Source: Symbiobacteriaceae bacterium
Lineage (GTDB): Bacteria > Bacillota > Sulfobacillia > Symbiobacteriales > Symbiobacteriaceae
Reading direction: 5' to 3'
Assembly: GCA_036504075.1 (NCBI GenBank)
Contig: DASXVX010000073.1
Location: forward strand, 5,985-29,984
Length of the DNA stretch: 24,000 nucleotides
Under the pieces are notes generated by a model that worked only from the letters and a program-made list of their open reading frames with translations, ran no database searches and had not been told where the DNA came from. The translations under genes and the position numbers were made by a program. The first letter of the stretch is position 1. Each line of letters opens with the position of its first letter. Of this stretch, positions 23,198 through 24,000 are shown one piece after another.

Positions 23198-23243
23198 GGC
23201 ATAGGCCGGGGGGCTATTTCCCATAGCTCCCCCGGCCTATGCC
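23198..23243. repeat. Near-perfect 20-bp inverted repeat in the divergent rhodanese/cupredoxin promoter region (candidate operator or hairpin)
   Basis: GGCATAGGCCGGGGGGCTAT-ttccc-ATAGCTCCCCCGGCCTATGCC, with a single extra base in the right arm. The motif TTCGGCATAG also occurs 100 nt upstream, at 23096-23105, inside a small hairpin (CTTCGG-cataga-CCGAAG). Confidence 0.6.
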
Positions 23244-23331
23244 ATTTATGTACAGATGATCCGCACGTTTGAAACTGAATCTGATTTCCCGCAGGCGGTA
23301 TAACAGAACCACGAGGAGAGGTGAAACGGAT

Positions 23332-23751
23332 ATGCGCAAACGGATCCTGCTGGGGCTGAGCCTGGTGGCGCTCCTGGCCGGCTGCGGCTCCAAGCCGCCT
23401 GTGGAGGAGTTTAAGCTGACGGGCGGCGGCACTCAGGTCGCCGTGGCCCCCGTCGCAGTCGCTGCCGGCACTGAGGTGGTTGCCATGAAGAACATGAAGT
23501 TCGACCCGCCTACGCTCGAAGTCAAGGCGGGCACCACGGTGCTGTTCCGCAACGATGACCCGTTCGAACACTCGGTCTGGGAGGGCATTCCCGAAAAACT
23601 GGGCAGCTACACCCCGCTGTTCCAGTCGGACACCCTGAAGACCGGCGGGCAGTACTCCTTCAAGTTCGACAAGCCGGGCACCTACCAGATTTTCTGCAAC
23701 ACCGCCGGCCACTTCCTGCTCGGCATGAAGGCCCAGATCAACGTGAAATAG
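23332..23751 (+). CDS. Cupredoxin (plastocyanin/amicyanin-like type-1 copper) lipoprotein
   Basis: Lipobox LVALLAGC. Candidate Cu ligands ...DPFEHSV... and ...FCNTAGHFLLGM... (H, C, H, M). ATG 23332 lies after GAGGAGAGG. Confidence 0.75.
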   Translation: MRKRILLGLSLVALLAGCGSKPPVEEFKLTGGGTQVAVAPVAVAAGTEVVAMKNMKFDPPTLEVKAGTTVLFRNDDPFEHSVWEGIPEKLGSYTPLFQSDTLKTGGQYSFKFDKPGTYQIFCNTAGHFLLGMKAQINVK

Positions 23752-23775
23752 CTTGTCCGGAGGCGATCTGACTCC

Positions 23776-24000
23776 ATGGAACGGCGCGATTGGCGGCGGT
23801 GGTTCCAGTTCATGCTCCTGGCGGCCGGAGCCTTTGTCGTTCTGCTGACGCTGCTGCCTCCAGCCCCGGCCAAGGCGGCCACCGGGCAGCAGCGGGTGGT
23901 GGAGATCAACGTGAAGGCCCGACAGTGGGCGTTCACACCCGGGGTGATCGAGGTGAACCAGGGCGACCTGGTCCGCCTGAAGATCACTTCGGAGGATGTG
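23776..24000 (+). CDS. Cupredoxin-domain membrane-anchored protein (N-terminal 75 aa; continues beyond window end)
   Basis: Not in the ORF track because it is open at the edge. My translation: MERRDWRRWFQFMLLAAGAFVVLLTLLPPAPAKAATGQQRVVEINVKARQWAFTPGVIEVNQGDLVRLKITSEDV. The F-x-P...V-x-x-G-D-x-V-x-L-x-x-T-S-x-DV pattern is typical of cupredoxin-fold domains. Confidence 0.55.
   Translation, partial: MERRDWRRWFQFMLLAAGAFVVLLTLLPPAPAKAATGQQRVVEINVKARQWAFTPGVIEVNQGDLVRLKITSEDV

Noticed and set aside
1-24000. Scan for tRNA/tRNA-Sec, rRNA, CRISPR arrays, transposase or integrase genes and terminal inverted repeats
   Set aside because: No periodic direct repeats were seen. No intergenic region showed obvious tRNA-like sequence by eye (860-1118, 7307-7404, 14687-14808, 22381-22500, 23029-23331; cloverleaf folding was not attempted). 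No product has a DDE, tyrosine or serine recombinase motif. The duplicated modules (6213-6303/15315-15404 and the grx-crp cassettes) lack mobile-element hallmarks.

Overview
This is a visibly high-GC (about two-thirds G+C by eye) chromosomal segment. It looks like a Gram-positive-type endospore former: GGAGG-type RBSs, a gerAB-like gene and several lipoprotein lipoboxes. I resolve about 32 protein genes. (i) 1119-7269 is a thiol/selenol redox island. Three of its genes are split in the ORF track by in-frame TGA codons. Each TGA sits inside a redox motif and is followed by a sense-strand hairpin, so I call them selenocysteine (Sec) genes: two short GrdB-like paralogs with U-x-x-C and one AhpD-like protein with C-x-x-U. 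They sit among DinB, DsrE-like, TrxR-like flavoprotein, a Met-rich membrane protein, a YruB-type glutaredoxin-like protein and a Crp-family regulator. (ii) An identical 16-bp CRP-type box, TGTGAACTGGCTTACA, lies in a ~90-nt duplicated promoter/leader module at 6213-6303 and 15315-15404. The second copy precedes an MCP, an lspA-like gene, a decayed grx remnant, a crp paralog and a two-component system. (iii) 7405-13893 is a tightly packed seven-gene operon: a YnjBCD-like ABC importer, a TVP38/DedA-like protein, a YnjF-like CDP-alcohol phosphatidyltransferase and a CxxxxC flavoprotein disulfide reductase. Together with the AhpD-like gene it resembles the uncharacterised E. coli ynjA-F neighbourhood as I recall it. 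(iv) 20079-24000 is a copper cluster (YcnI, a CopC-CopD-YtkA fusion, a rhodanese lipoprotein and cupredoxins) with a 20-bp inverted repeat in its divergent promoter region. I saw no rRNA, tRNA, CRISPR array or transposase. Many long ORFs in the track are antisense or alternate-frame shadows typical of high-GC DNA. All family assignments are by-eye motif recognition, not searches.
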